From the NCBI GenBank assembly GCA_051047955.1, contig JBPGPT010000001.1, positions 806,001 to 870,000 of the forward strand: a DNA stretch of 64,000 bases, written 5' to 3'. A model generated the notes under the pieces. The model was not told the DNA's origin. It ran no database searches and was given only the letters and a program-made list of their open reading frames with translations. Origin of the DNA: Cystobasidiomycetes sp. EMM_F5 (lineage: Eukaryota). The translations under genes were made by a program, and so were the position numbers. How positions within the stretch are numbered: position 1 is the stretch's first letter; each line of letters starts with the position of its first letter. Shown piece after piece: positions 1-11,389 of this stretch.

Positions 1-1
1 C

Positions 2-109
2 CTCGGTCGAGACCGGCTGCGTGATGTAATGCAGACTTCCTTCGCAAGTTCTGACAGGTCGGCCCATCGCAACTCGAGCGGTCCGCAACAACGCTACAAC
101 GCACGATAA
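2..109 (+). CDS. Possible 3' end of a gene entering the window (unknown product)
   Basis: Open frame from the window edge (LGRDRLRDVMQTSF...RYNAR) ends at TAA 107-109, convergent with SF3B1. No recognisable motif. Confidence 0.25.
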   Translation, partial: LGRDRLRDVMQTSFASSDRSAHRNSSGPQQRYNAR

Positions 110-335
110 GTTGTTCAGCCAGAAGCTTACGTGTTACGCAAGCGGAATGGATCGAAATGATATTTTTGCTGCACCGATCACTTTCCGTTTTCGCGTTTAC
201 GCAACTAGCCTTACTACCCGCATTACAACTGCGTTGAATGGGATCACCCTATACTACAATCTGAGAGCTATCTCAAGTCAGGCAAGCATCGTAAAGGCCA
301 TTCTGTAGTCCGAGAGGCTTCTGTCAGTCGCAGAA

Positions 336-3300
336 TCAGATGAACTGCAGGAATAGGCCGAATCAGCACAGACATGGTGCCGAATTTAGCGGGCTGCTCA
401 CCATATACAGAGCATCGCGCTGGTACTGATTCTTGTCGTCGGATAAGTCGATCCAGTTTGGATAGTACGGCACCATAGCATCCTGTGCACCAAGGTAGCA
501 CGAGTTGTAGATTCGCCAGTATACCTCTCGGACCTTGCGCGCTGGGTGAGCTAGACCTTGTAGAATGTAGCTCATTAAAACACCGGGACCCAGCCCTACA
601 CGCATCGCTTCGATGGCGTCCATGACTTGTCCAATGACGTGTGGACTGGTTTCGAAGCAATTTGGCCAGACGAGGTTCATCAAATGCAGCAGTGCATCTT
701 CGTTGCCAAGACCTGCTGTGCCCAGAGCGAGATGCTTGACGATACCAGCAGAAGTTTGCCGGTGTACGGCATCTCGATCAGTTAACGCATCCTCGAGGCA
801 GGTCACCACGCTGTGTATGTAGTCTTTGCCCATTTCGCCAATGTACTCAAACAAGAAGGAAAGGGCTTTGAGACATCCATTTCGAACGTTGAGATCTGGC
901 GTTCGGTATTCATTGAGTATGGCCGGAATGCATGTGAATGGCCCGCAGGTCTCCGCAACGATAGCGATCGCCACTGTCGAGCACACACGGGACTGACGAT
1001 CTTGTACGCGAAGATTGGTAAGTAGAACGCTGAGTACATCCTGAGGACCGATGGCCTTGGCGATGTAACCAAATGAATTCACTGCCGCTCTCCGAATTGC
1101 TTTCTTGTGGGCCTTGAGTAGATCCAGCAGCTCGAAACAGATACGCATCCACTCTCGAGCGGACACGTACTCCGCACCACGATCTGCGATACGGCCAATC
1201 AAGTTGATACAGGCTTCTTGTACCTTTTCATGGCGATTCCGTAAGATCGGCGTTAGGCGAGGTACTATGATAGAGAAGGTTGATAAGCATGACGGTTCCA
1301 GCCAGACGATACTATTATGCACTCACAGAGGTCCTTGACAGGTGGGCTCATCTGAGTCATTCCGACCACGTTCGCGATTGCACCTTCTGCAGCAATAATG
1401 CTACCAAGAGTGTCAGGATATTCTTCACCGAATTGCTCGAATAGAATGACTCCTAGTGTGCCAAGTAAACGGTCTTCTCCACATTCCTTGATAACGACAG
1501 CCAATTTGCTGACTAAGTCCGCTGCCTGTTGACGGACCGCTGCACTCTTGTTTTGCAAGCGATACAAGACACAAGAGACAACTTCTTGCAAATCTTCCTT
1601 CACTCGAATACCTGTTCTATCGCGTCAGCGACCTTTCGTCCGACCAGTCAATGCTTTGCTCACCTAGTGCATTTACTACCGTGCCAAAGCCGTTGAGGAT
1701 AATGTCGTCTTCAGAAACTTGTGACTGGAAAGCGTGTATAACGCCGTCGAGTAGCTGCTTCATCAATCGCTCATCGATGTCGGCAGCACCCAGACTTGAT
1801 ATGACTTGCTGTATGGTCTCCATGACCATTTTGCGATACAGCTCGTTCTCGTCTTTCAGATCATTCACGATACGACCCACAATCTCAGACACGCCAGCCT
1901 TCTGCGCCAGCTCGACTGTCGTTTCCACGACCTGTTTGTAATTCCGTCTGTCTGCAGCCATACGCCTCACCCAGAAGTTTCTGAAAAAGTCGGGCAATAT
2001 CTCTTGTCGGATGTAGGCAGGCAGTACACCATCGGTACCAGCGCATTGCTTAACGACTTTGAGAACGATCTTCTTCATTTCTTCGTCGGGAGATTGGAAC
2101 TCGCGAATAAGAATGATCATGACTTCTCTTGTATAGTAATTCGCATATTCGGGGTCCATTAGCGGTATGATGTTACCGATGGCTTTCAAGAAGGCAGCTA
2201 AACCTTTACCGCGATGTTTGCGAATACCCGTCCATAGCGGCTTTAGTACGGAATCAAACGACTCGATGCCGTATGGTGCAGCGGCTTCTGCTAGTGCAGC
2301 AATGGCTAATGCAGTCTGCATGCGGACTTTCTGCTGATCGTCTTCGAGTCCGTGCGCTACCGCTTCGACAAGATTCTTAAGGTGTGGAAGGACGGCACAC
2401 CCCATCATGATTGCAATTTGTTGTACAATCTTTATACCAGTGTGCCGCGCTTGCCACGATTTTTTAGATCGACAAACAGCTTTCAAGAAAGGAAGAAGAG
2501 ACGGAATACCCAGAGCGGACGCCACGACAGAGAATGCACGCGCTGTAGTATTGCGCACGTACTCGTCTGCGTGGTCAATATCAGGTCGCATTGTGGAGAT
2601 CATGTGCGCAAGACCTGCCGCCTTGGACAGATTTGAAATGATTTCTCGTCCTTCGACACGAGCATAGTAGTCGGCATCGATAAGCAATGGCTCAATGACG
2701 ACTAGAATCTTGTGCACGTAAGGCCGGACCAGATCGTCGAGCTTGTACAGTATACGATCAATGACCTTGACCAACAAGTGTCGTTCTTGATCTTCCAGTG
2801 TCCGTTCCATGAGCAATGGTAGAATCTTGTCAAATAGCGGGCCTGCACCAAACTGCCTTGCATTATCGGTGATTTGCCGGAGTGCAGTCTTTCGCATTGG
2901 TGGTGTACCATTCTTAATTTTCAGCAAGAGACGCATAATCTTTCGCTCTTTCAGCTCTTCCACGCTGAGTTCAGACTCATCTTCACCACTTTTGAGGATT
3001 TTGGAGAAGTACTGTGCGTCTTCCGCTTTGAAGAATGCCAATTCGCCAACTCCGGCAATGTCTGTAGGAAGCTCAGGTGCTAAGCCCATAGCAGAGGCCG
3101 ACGAGGCATCGGTCTGCATCATGAAACCGAGTTCGCCGCCGCCGGCTGCTCCGGTTAGTTTTCGAGCTGGCGTTCTGATCGGCTCGTAGCCCGGCGGCGG
3201 AGTCACAATCTCAAAGCCCTCGGATGGCAAGATCTGGTCGAGCTCTTCGTCTGAGAGGTAGCGATTGCGCTTGTCGAGCTCGGTCATCATTCCCATACCC

Positions 3301-4239
3301 ATGCCCATTTGCATAGCATACGGGTCCGATTGCATAGGCAGCATTTGAGTAGTCGCAGCGCCTGCGCCGGCCACTGGTGTTTGGTCCCATCGAGACCTCC
3401 GTGGTGTCTCACCAGGTGCAGCAGCACCCGGTCCAGCTGGAGTCTCGTCCCACCGAGAACGCTTCTTTTTCACTTCGACGGGCTTGGTATCTTCATCCCA
3501 GCCGCGCCCTTCCAGATTTGTCATTGAAGCATCTCCATTTGTCGCTTGTGGCCCGCGGGGCGTTTCGTCGCCGGCTGAGACATCCCAACGCCGTTTGCGT
3601 GGTGTTGCGTCAGTCTTTACGGCCTCGCCCTTCTCGACCTTTGCCCTTTCCTCTTTCCGCTTATCTTCAATGGCACGATCTACTCGTTGCTCCTCTCTTT
3701 CGAGCTCGGCCAATTTCATTGCTTCCGCGTAGGAGGTCCCTTCGCCATTTGCATCTTGACCTTGGGCAAAAGCATCACGCCGAGTCTCTCCAATGTCACG
3801 ATCAAAGCGCCGAAGCTGGTAGTCAGACTCTCTCGAAGCTTTTTGTCGTTGATTAGCTGTCTCGGCGAATGGAGAAGTGCCTTCGTCGTCTTCGATATCG
3901 AGCAGATGTTTCGGTGCGGTGACTAGATGCGAGACGCAAGCAAGATCATTCAGCCTGATAGCCCTCGTAGAAGATCGTATATATAGTGAACTCACAGCTA
4001 TCGATGAGGCGGACTGGCCTGTCAGCTTCGTCGAGATCCTCGTCCATGCCATCTTGCGCAGAAGACCCGACAGCAATGCTAGTGTCGTACTTGTCTCCGC
4101 GACTGTTTCCACCGTAGATATCGCTGTCGTACGAAGCGCTCTTGACGCTCAGGCTGGCCTTGTCATTCTTTAGCTGGGCAGCCCGAGCCCGTCGAGCAAT
4201 CTGCTCTGCTGCGATTTGTGACTCTACCGAATCCGACAT
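336..4239 (-). CDS. SF3B1: U2 snRNP splicing factor SF3B subunit 1 (Hsh155/Prp10), multi-exon
   Basis: ORFs 1617-4112, 1265-1603 and 363-1322 contain RWDETP/RWDQTP ULM motifs, [24 protein letters not shown] repeats ([23 protein letters not shown]) and [18 protein letters not shown] at 4239. The last intron (401-345, GTGAGC...CTGCAG) leads to a 9-nt terminal exon TTC ATC TGA at 344-336. Confidence 0.97.
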
Positions 4240-4536
4240 TGACCATGCGCAGTTTGGCTGCAGACTCGGAGTAGCACAGTCTCGCTGGCAGAGTACAGAT
4301 GGCGCAAGTAGGTTAATTTGTGCAGTGAGTGAGAGTGCGAAAATGTCAAGCTGATTGATGCAACTGCAGACCATGTACGCCACAATTTCTAATTAGCTGT
4401 CGCGCGGTCACTGATTATCCTGATATATCAGCTAATCACTGCCCGGCTGAGTATCCGCCAGGCAGAATCCCTCGAATTATACCCATCAGGTCTCTAGGCA
4501 CCGGCAAAATCTCCACTTCGGCAGCCATATCCCAGC

Positions 4537-5936
4537 ATGATTGAGCTTCTGGACCTACCAAGCGAAGTGCTGTACAATATTGGACTGTTTTGCCTCTCCA
4601 AAGACATGTGCAATCAGTCCGAAGTATGTATACCTCGCCTCCGCGACCGATTACGGCTGCCGGGCAATCCGAGACGCCTCCTTACTCTGCGAGCGCTTTC
4701 ATGCTGCTCATCCCGTCTTCTGGAGCTAGTCACACCCCTCCTCTACAATCAACTTGACATTTCCGGCGCTAAAGGACTCGATTTCCATGAGACGCTAGGT
4801 CTGCCTCAGCCGCTGTCTCTCCGACAAGGCTCAATCAAACACCTGGTCATTCGTGACTCGCAAGCCTGTCGTGATTCATGCAGATTTTCTTCGCGCAGCA
4901 CTTTACTTTCTCATGTGACTGCCGTAACCCTATGGCATTACACGCACATTGCACAGTGTCTGTGGGACGAACTACGGCGGAGTGCAACAAACATCAAGGT
5001 CTTGTCTGTCCTATTCGATGATTATTTCAACGATGTCAGCGAATCGCCTCACTGGCTGGATCTTTTGAAGAGGCTGCAGGAGTTATCCCGCTTGGTCATT
5101 TACTCCGGCGATGAATTTGCTACTGTCGAAGAAGAAGCTTTGGCATTATCCACGATAGCAAGCCACCTCGATGACGCCAAATTTAGCCAACTCGAAGTGG
5201 TAGATGCTCTCGCGCCATTTCCGTTCAGCTATCATGTGATAGCCCGACTGCAAACACTGGATATCACCGTCCGCCAAGTGGAGTATCTCATACCTTTCGT
5301 CGCGGAGCATACAAGCGTTCTGCACATGCTGCGGACCCTTCGCATACGAATCGGCCGGGACGAGTTGGATCACACCTATCGAGATGAATGCGATGTCTCG
5401 ACGGTACTTGCTCAATGCAAAAATCTCGTTATCGCCGACGTACCGTTCTGTGCATTGGATAATGAGACGTGCCTGTGCTCTCTGCCTGAAAGTCTCCAAG
5501 AAATACGCTTCTACGAAGTGGGTGACCGACGTACGAGCTTAATGCGATTGCGCTGTTTTCTCGGCAACGAGGATCACCTGCCCAATCTCCGGATCTTTGT
5601 ATTAGATATAGCCGCAAAGAATTTTCGCTTTCTTGCACAGGAATGGTGGGAGTTTGCGCAAGGATTTGATCTGTTCATGATTACTTCAAGAGCGAACATC
5701 TGCCATTCTGGACAAGCCCTATCTCCACAGATTCTGGGGATGTCTACGATCCGGCATTAGAAGAGGAGCTTGAAAGCATAGCTCGGGAATATGAGCTAGA
5801 GATGGACGACTTTTTGCAAGCACTTTGTGATAACCTGAGGGTGGTCCTGGACGGACGCCGTGTTCATTATCGAATCAGTCGAATAGAAGGCTGGAACGAG
5901 CAAGTCAAGCCGCTCTTGCGGCAGAGAAGACTGTGA
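4537..5936 (+). pseudogene. F-box/LRR-like protein paralog 1, frameshifted near the C-terminus
   Basis: F-box-like start LLDLPSEVLYNIG and LRR-like strands. The ORF stops at 5760, but the -1 frame continues EEELESIAREYELEMDDFLQALCDNLRVVLDGRRVHY...LLRQRRL* (TGA 5934-5936), which aligns with the C-terminus of the intact paralog at 9194. No credible intron restores the frame. Confidence 0.7.
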
Positions 5937-6603
5937 GTACAAGCCAAAAGCTTGTAGCGTTGTGCTGACTTACACGACGCAGCACCGACTATTGGCCTAA
6001 TGCAGGCATACCCAAGACCTACACTCCAATGCCTGCAAATTGGAGAAAACTTTTCTTCGAAGTATTCGGAATGTGCTGTCCACCCGGGTGCACACAGAAA
6101 GCAGTGTCATGCCGTTGCAGCAGAGGTAAAGCTGTACCAGCGAGGACTTTGTCAGTCGTCAAGTGTGTGACGATTCGGTTTGGCGCTGAACTTTGGCCTT
6201 CAGGCTCGATCTCTGGGCGAAGGAGTAAAGTAGCTCCAAGGAAGCATTCAAGCGATTGGGACTGACAGAATCCCGAGATATCCGGTGAGCACGGGAACCG
6301 GAAACCTTGGTTCTGAGCCTGTGCCAGTACTTGGGATGACAATGTATGTACAATTACGAGACGGCCTGCCCTTATGATGTCAGTCCAGATGCAGCTCGCA
6401 CACGTCAGCCGAGACGATTGCGGGGAAAAGTTTTTCTCCGAGTTTGGCTTTGACAATCGTTTCCAGTACAATTACAAATATGTAGCGGTCATAGTTGCTA
6501 CTTGTCGGTTTGTCGTGCTCAAAAGATGTGATTATTACGTGGGCCGCGCAGGTCCAACACGCCCAAGCAATGTTTGCCTTCTGGCGACTTGGCCTGCAAT
6601 AAA

Positions 6604-8176
6604 ATGATCAATCTGCTGGATCTTCCTGATGAGGTGCTATTTCACATAGCCCGACGTTGCTTGGATTTCGCCTGGGTGTCTGAGGTGCGGCTGGAACTGC
6701 CATTACATCCCCTCAAAAATGAACCCTTGTGGTCCCTCTCAACAACCTCGCGCCGGTTGCGCAAACTTCTGACGCATCTGCTCTCTGCTTTACGACTCTT
6801 TCGACTTGCGCGTGTCGAAACATCATGACGGAGAGTGTGCCAGCCATATGCAGCCGCTGCTGCAATTGCTACCAGCAGGGTCAATACGAGACGTACGGTT
6901 GGTAGAGCCAGACCCGTGCACAGGATGTCTTGATATACTGTGCGAAAGCGACATAACGTCAAACCTAAAACACTTGACGATATTAGACTGCAATCTCAAG
7001 CCATCGTGTCTACTTCCGAGCAAGAACATCGCAGCGAGGTTGAGGCAAATCAGGCTTCTACACTTGCGCTGCGACGAGGACTTCGAAGAAATTTCAGACA
7101 GTGACGATGAAGAGTCGTCAACAGTGTCCACTCGATGGCCGTCGGATCTTCGGCAAGTACGCCATATCACTGCGAGTCCTGATAGACCTTTCCTGTCCCC
7201 AGATGTCCGCTATGCCAGAGATATCGAAGAGCTACCCATTGATACGCTGGCGCTTCACATCATTGAGACACCGTTTCCCTTCAACGTCGACTTCGTTGCG
7301 CAGCTCCGCTCGTTGACCATTATGTCACAGCACATTGCCGATGTCGGCGAGATGGCAGACGCGAAGCAGGGGATTTTGGACAGATTACAACACCTGCACA
7401 TCATAGGTCCAATAAATTACGCCGAAGACGATGACATATCGCAAATGGTAGATCTCCTTGCAATGTGCCACAACTTGAAGTCTGTTGAGCTGCCTTACTA
7501 CGGGCGCCTGGTTTATGAAACCCTAAGCGCATTGCCTACTACAACGGAAGACCTACGATTGAGATGGGCACCTGACCGGTATGAGGATGCCGAGACCCCG
7601 GAGACTGGCGAAATTCGTACAATATTGGGCGAGCCAACGGAACTTCCGAAACTGCGGTTTTTCAGTCTCGAGATGAGCTGGATTAGATTTCGCGCCTCTC
7701 TGGGTACGGCTTGTAGTATTATGGACGACGAGAATCCCCTGCCGGACGCAAAGTTGGCTGCGGCCAAAGCCAGCGTGACTGTGGCGTCTTCACCAGTTGC
7801 TAGGTGGGAAGCCCGAAAATCCCTCTACGAAGTACAAGACGAGCGCGAATTTGCCCTAGATGACTGTGTTTTCGCGATGGAGCTTGACTGGAGGTTCATT
7901 CTCGATGCACGTGGCGTCGACTATATCATTTCGCCATTCAAACCAGAAAGGCAGCAGAGGCGGCGGGCAAAGGCGCAGATGGGCGTAAGGTATGTGCACG
8001 ACAAGCACGATATCGGTGACAGCCGAATGGGCAGACTGATCGCATACCGTCTGCCAGACATTCTGCTTTGCCATACGAATCCATTCGAAGTTCGGCTCAC
8101 AACAGATCAGTGGTGCGCAGGTTCCGACCTTTCTTCCGACAATTCTTCTGCGAGTCTCCATTTGACGAGTCACTAG
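6604..8176 (+). pseudogene. F-box/LRR-like protein paralog 2, frameshifted just after the F-box
   Basis: MINLLDLPDEVLFHIARRCL start. Removing 7 nt at about 6778-6784 gives LLTHLLYDSFDLRV, matching the paralogs' LVTPLLYNQLDI and LLTPLLYRKFDV, and joins ORF 6806-8176 (PFPF, LPKLRFF, LDARGVDY). The 3' end is uncertain because of a possible intron near 7985. Confidence 0.7.
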
Positions 8177-8328
8177 ACCGTTTGCTCGATGAAGAGGAAT
8201 AATCGATGAGAGGTATTTCAGCGAAAATTTACTGGATCGGCTACCTGCTCGGTCGCAGATAGTGCAGGGACCTTCCAAGTTGAGCCCTGCAGTAGCTTTA
8301 GAGAAGGCACAGCCTGTAATAGGCCCGC

Positions 8329-8797
8329 TTAAGTGGGCATATAGCTAGTCGAACCGGCGCCAGGTGCTAACCCGAAACTTTGCTCTTGTTGCTGGATGTC
8401 AGATGGCGAGTTGATTCGGCCAACCTGAACATTTCCTTGTTGTACTGTGATATCTTGCTCTCCATTGCCTCGTGTCATGATACGTCCGTATTCTTCCCAA
8501 AGTCGCGATACGCCGCCAAACTGGCTCCCGACTTCAACTGTCGATTCTATTTTGCGATTCAAGCTGTTGACGTCTATGCAAGTGCGTCAGGTCATCCCAT
8601 AGTCTATACTGGAAACAGCAGACTGGATCCAGCTCACTGCCGATGATTTTGCCCAGTCGCTCAGCAATGTCTTCGATAAGCCGCTCTCGCTCCAACTGAC
8701 GGGTAAGCGCATCAGTAGGTCCCCTTTGAAGTCATAGAAGATCGCATACTTCGAAATACGTTAGTTCTGATGGTCCTGCAGCGTTCTGACTATCCAT
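8329..8797 (-). CDS. DAD1: DASH/Dam1 kinetochore complex subunit Dad1 (3 exons)
   Basis: Spliced product MDSQNAAGPSELTYFE|LERERLIEDIAERLGKIIG|NVNSLNRKIESTVEVGSQFGGVSRLWEEY matches the Dad1 pattern (YFE..RE.LI..I...N.LNR..E....VG..F..V..LW). Two canonical introns. Confidence 0.85.
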
Positions 8798-9193
8798 GAT
8801 GAGCAGGCTTGCGGCAGTCAGGTCGACGGCAAGCTGAAAATCTACGACTGTCAACAATTGGCCTTTCATCAGAGATTTACATCATCCGACAACAGGGCAC
8901 CTCCACCTTATCTTTCAGCAGCGCTACTTTACCTTACTGTGACTACGCACGCTGGCAACGCTTGACCGTTGTCTGTCCCGAGGAGAGGCCGTACTTGTTT
9001 GCCGCGTAACAGGCACAGGCGATACCTACCAGGCAGCAATACCCAAACCCCATCGAACCGTATTGACGTCGCGGCTCTTCCGTCTCAGTACCTGCCAGCC
9101 GATTCACTCAGGTCCTTCGCGTAATCTCTCTACCTTGACGATTTTTTCAGTAATTATCGCCATAAACCTTCCCCGCATGACCGCCTTGGAAAC

Positions 9194-10585
9194 ATGACGG
9201 AACTACTTTCTCTGCCCAACGAAATTATACTTCGAATTGGCCTTTGGTGTCTCCTAGGTGATCCTGTCACTAGCTGCGAGAATGTGCACCCTCGTGACCA
9301 GCCGCGTCTGCGAATCGCGGGCAGGCCTCGCAAGATCTACGCCCTAAGACATTTGTCGTCATGCTCCGTTCGACTACATGCACTACTTACGCCTCTACTG
9401 TACCGCAAATTTGACGTCTTTTTCCGCATAGAGCCATCATCTAGGTGCGGGGGCGCCAACTTCCCATGTCCTCTCCCCTTCTCGTACGGGGTTGTCAAAC
9501 ACCTTCGCGTCTATCAATATGAGGGATGCTACGGCGGTTGCAATTACCTGAAGCATACCACGTTGTTTTCTCGAGTCGATGAGCTATCGATCTGGGACGT
9601 TACCTATTTATGGTACGATTGCATTCGTCACCATCTAAGAGCTATCAAGGCGAATGTGAAAAGCCTGCTCCTTACAGTCACCGGCGACTCTATCGATTCA
9701 GGATCGGATGATTGGGAGGAATTTATGACAGGCTTCGAAAGCCTGTCGCGCCTCACAATATATTCTGGCTATGAGTTTGCGAATCGTCATGATGAATCCG
9801 TAGCTCTGAACCGAGTGGCAGCCCACTTGGTAAATCTCCGCCTCTCGGAACTACACATCATGGACTCAACAAAACCATTTCCGTTCAGCCATCCGCTCGT
9901 GAGCGGACTGCGAGCACTGTCCATCAGCGTTGAGCAAGTCGATGGCCTAGTGGGATTCGTTGAGCAGAATGAAGGCATACTACATAAGCTCGAGCGGATG
10001 GTGGTGCGTTTCGGTGTAGGGGAGAATTACACACTGTGCAGAATCCCAGCTCTGTTACGTACGTGCACAAGTGCTACGTTCATAGAGACCCCTGTTCTCC
10101 CATGGGAGGCAAATAGCGAGGACTTCTTGAACTCACTGCCGAACACTGTACAGCACTTGGTGCTCGCGGGAACTTACATCGCCCTGAACGGGATACCGCA
10201 ATTAAGGTGTTTTTTGTCAGACACGGCAAACCTGCCAAATCTCCGCTTCTTGTCGGTTCACACCGACTGGCTCGACTTTCGCTGTTCATTGCATGAACAT
10301 CTTTTGTACGAATGGCCGAATCGCGAACACATATCAGCCGTGAATGAGATTACAGCGCTAGAGATGGACCTCGAGACGACGACTTCCGCAGTTGATGAAA
10401 CACTGCTGAATGACCGCCTCAACGCTGCGAACGAAGAGTATGACAGAGAGTTCGAAGATCTCGTTCAGTCGGTCAAGATGGATCTGCAGAACGTACTCGA
10501 ATCGCGCAGCGTTGACTACTATCTACCGCCGCTACCGAGAGAATTACCAAAAGTCGAGTCGTGCTTAAGGCAGACACAACTGTAA
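9194..10585 (+). CDS. F-box/LRR-like protein paralog 3 (intact, 463 aa, intronless)
   Basis: LLSLPNEIILRIG F-box-like motif. Shares PRLR..G.PR, LRxLSxCSxRL, IYSG(D/Y)EFA, PFPFS and LPNLRF motifs with paralog 1. Confidence 0.8.
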   Translation: MTELLSLPNEIILRIGLWCLLGDPVTSCENVHPRDQPRLRIAGRPRKIYALRHLSSCSVRLHALLTPLLYRKFDVFFRIEPSSRCGGANFPCPLPFSYGVVKHLRVYQYEGCYGGCNYLKHTTLFSRVDELSIWDVTYLWYDCIRHHLRAIKANVKSLLLTVTGDSIDSGSDDWEEFMTGFESLSRLTIYSGYEFANRHDESVALNRVAAHLVNLRLSELHIMDSTKPFPFSHPLVSGLRALSISVEQVDGLVGFVEQNEGILHKLERMVVRFGVGENYTLCRIPALLRTCTSATFIETPVLPWEANSEDFLNSLPNTVQHLVLAGTYIALNGIPQLRCFLSDTANLPNLRFLSVHTDWLDFRCSLHEHLLYEWPNREHISAVNEITALEMDLETTTSAVDETLLNDRLNAANEEYDREFEDLVQSVKMDLQNVLESRSVDYYLPPLPRELPKVESCLRQTQL

Positions 10586-11389
10586 GGCAAGCTTGGGGTA
10601 TGTTCGGCATAAGCTAAAGCAAAACACGCGCTTCCCACAGAGATGAATTTTGGTGGGGCGGAAAACCTCAGAAATGTTCGATTACCAAGTCTCAGATGTG
10701 GACTGTATTTTGTCGCGATGTATACGAAGCGCCAACGGAAATCGCGGAACTGGACCTCACACAGATGGAGCTGTCAGTGTCTGCATCGGCGCACAAGTCG
10801 GGAATCACAGCTAACACTCATTTCTGTCTCAGTACGGACTTTTGGTCTTTACAACCAGAATCTTAGCATCAGACTTGGCCGCAATGTCGACAATATTTCT
10901 GAGCGGATTTCTACGCTTACAATACCCCTATTACAGACAGCCTCACACCAATGCCTCGTCGCCAAAGGCATTGTCGAAATCGACGGTCTCGCGCATACGA
11001 TGCTGAGGGTGCATCGTAGGATTGTTCCTTGACGCGCGTGACTCGCGGATTGTTGGAGGTAAAGCTGCTGCACACCTCGATTACAATGTATTCACGTCAT
11101 TGAGCCTTGCGATAGTTGCAGTAAATAAGCGGTCGAGCGGGCCCGAATATACACCAGCTGATTATCACGCATTGGATAGAACCAGCACTAGACCTTCTAG
11201 AATCGAGTTCGGCAGGGGGTTTTGTAGGTGTAGACGCATAGTTGTGGTCACATATCGTGTCAGAGACCGACTGGGCCATACCGCGACACTTGCACTCTTT
11301 GGTTCTGGAAAATTGTCATTTCGTGACGACGGCTTGTTTGGGTTATAATAACCTTGCCTCTAGTGACCTTCAGGCTGCCTGCCTCGACG

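Noticed and set aside
2180..2570. SF3B1 residues equivalent to human splice-altering hotspots, as a cause of the odd splice sites
   Set aside because: The motifs [19 protein letters not shown] and HRGKG are all wild-type.
6019..6471. 150-aa minus ORF between F-box paralogs with HPGGQHIP, faintly like a serine-hydrolase His loop
   Set aside because: The ORF start is not an ATG, there is no nucleophile motif and no convincing splice model; probably spurious or a decayed remnant.
10590..11385. About 800-bp gap, long for this compact genome; considered as ncRNA or small spliced gene
   Set aside because: No recognisable snRNA/snoRNA boxes, tRNA fold, telomerase template or coherent exon chain by eye. 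An Rfam or RNA-seq check would be needed.
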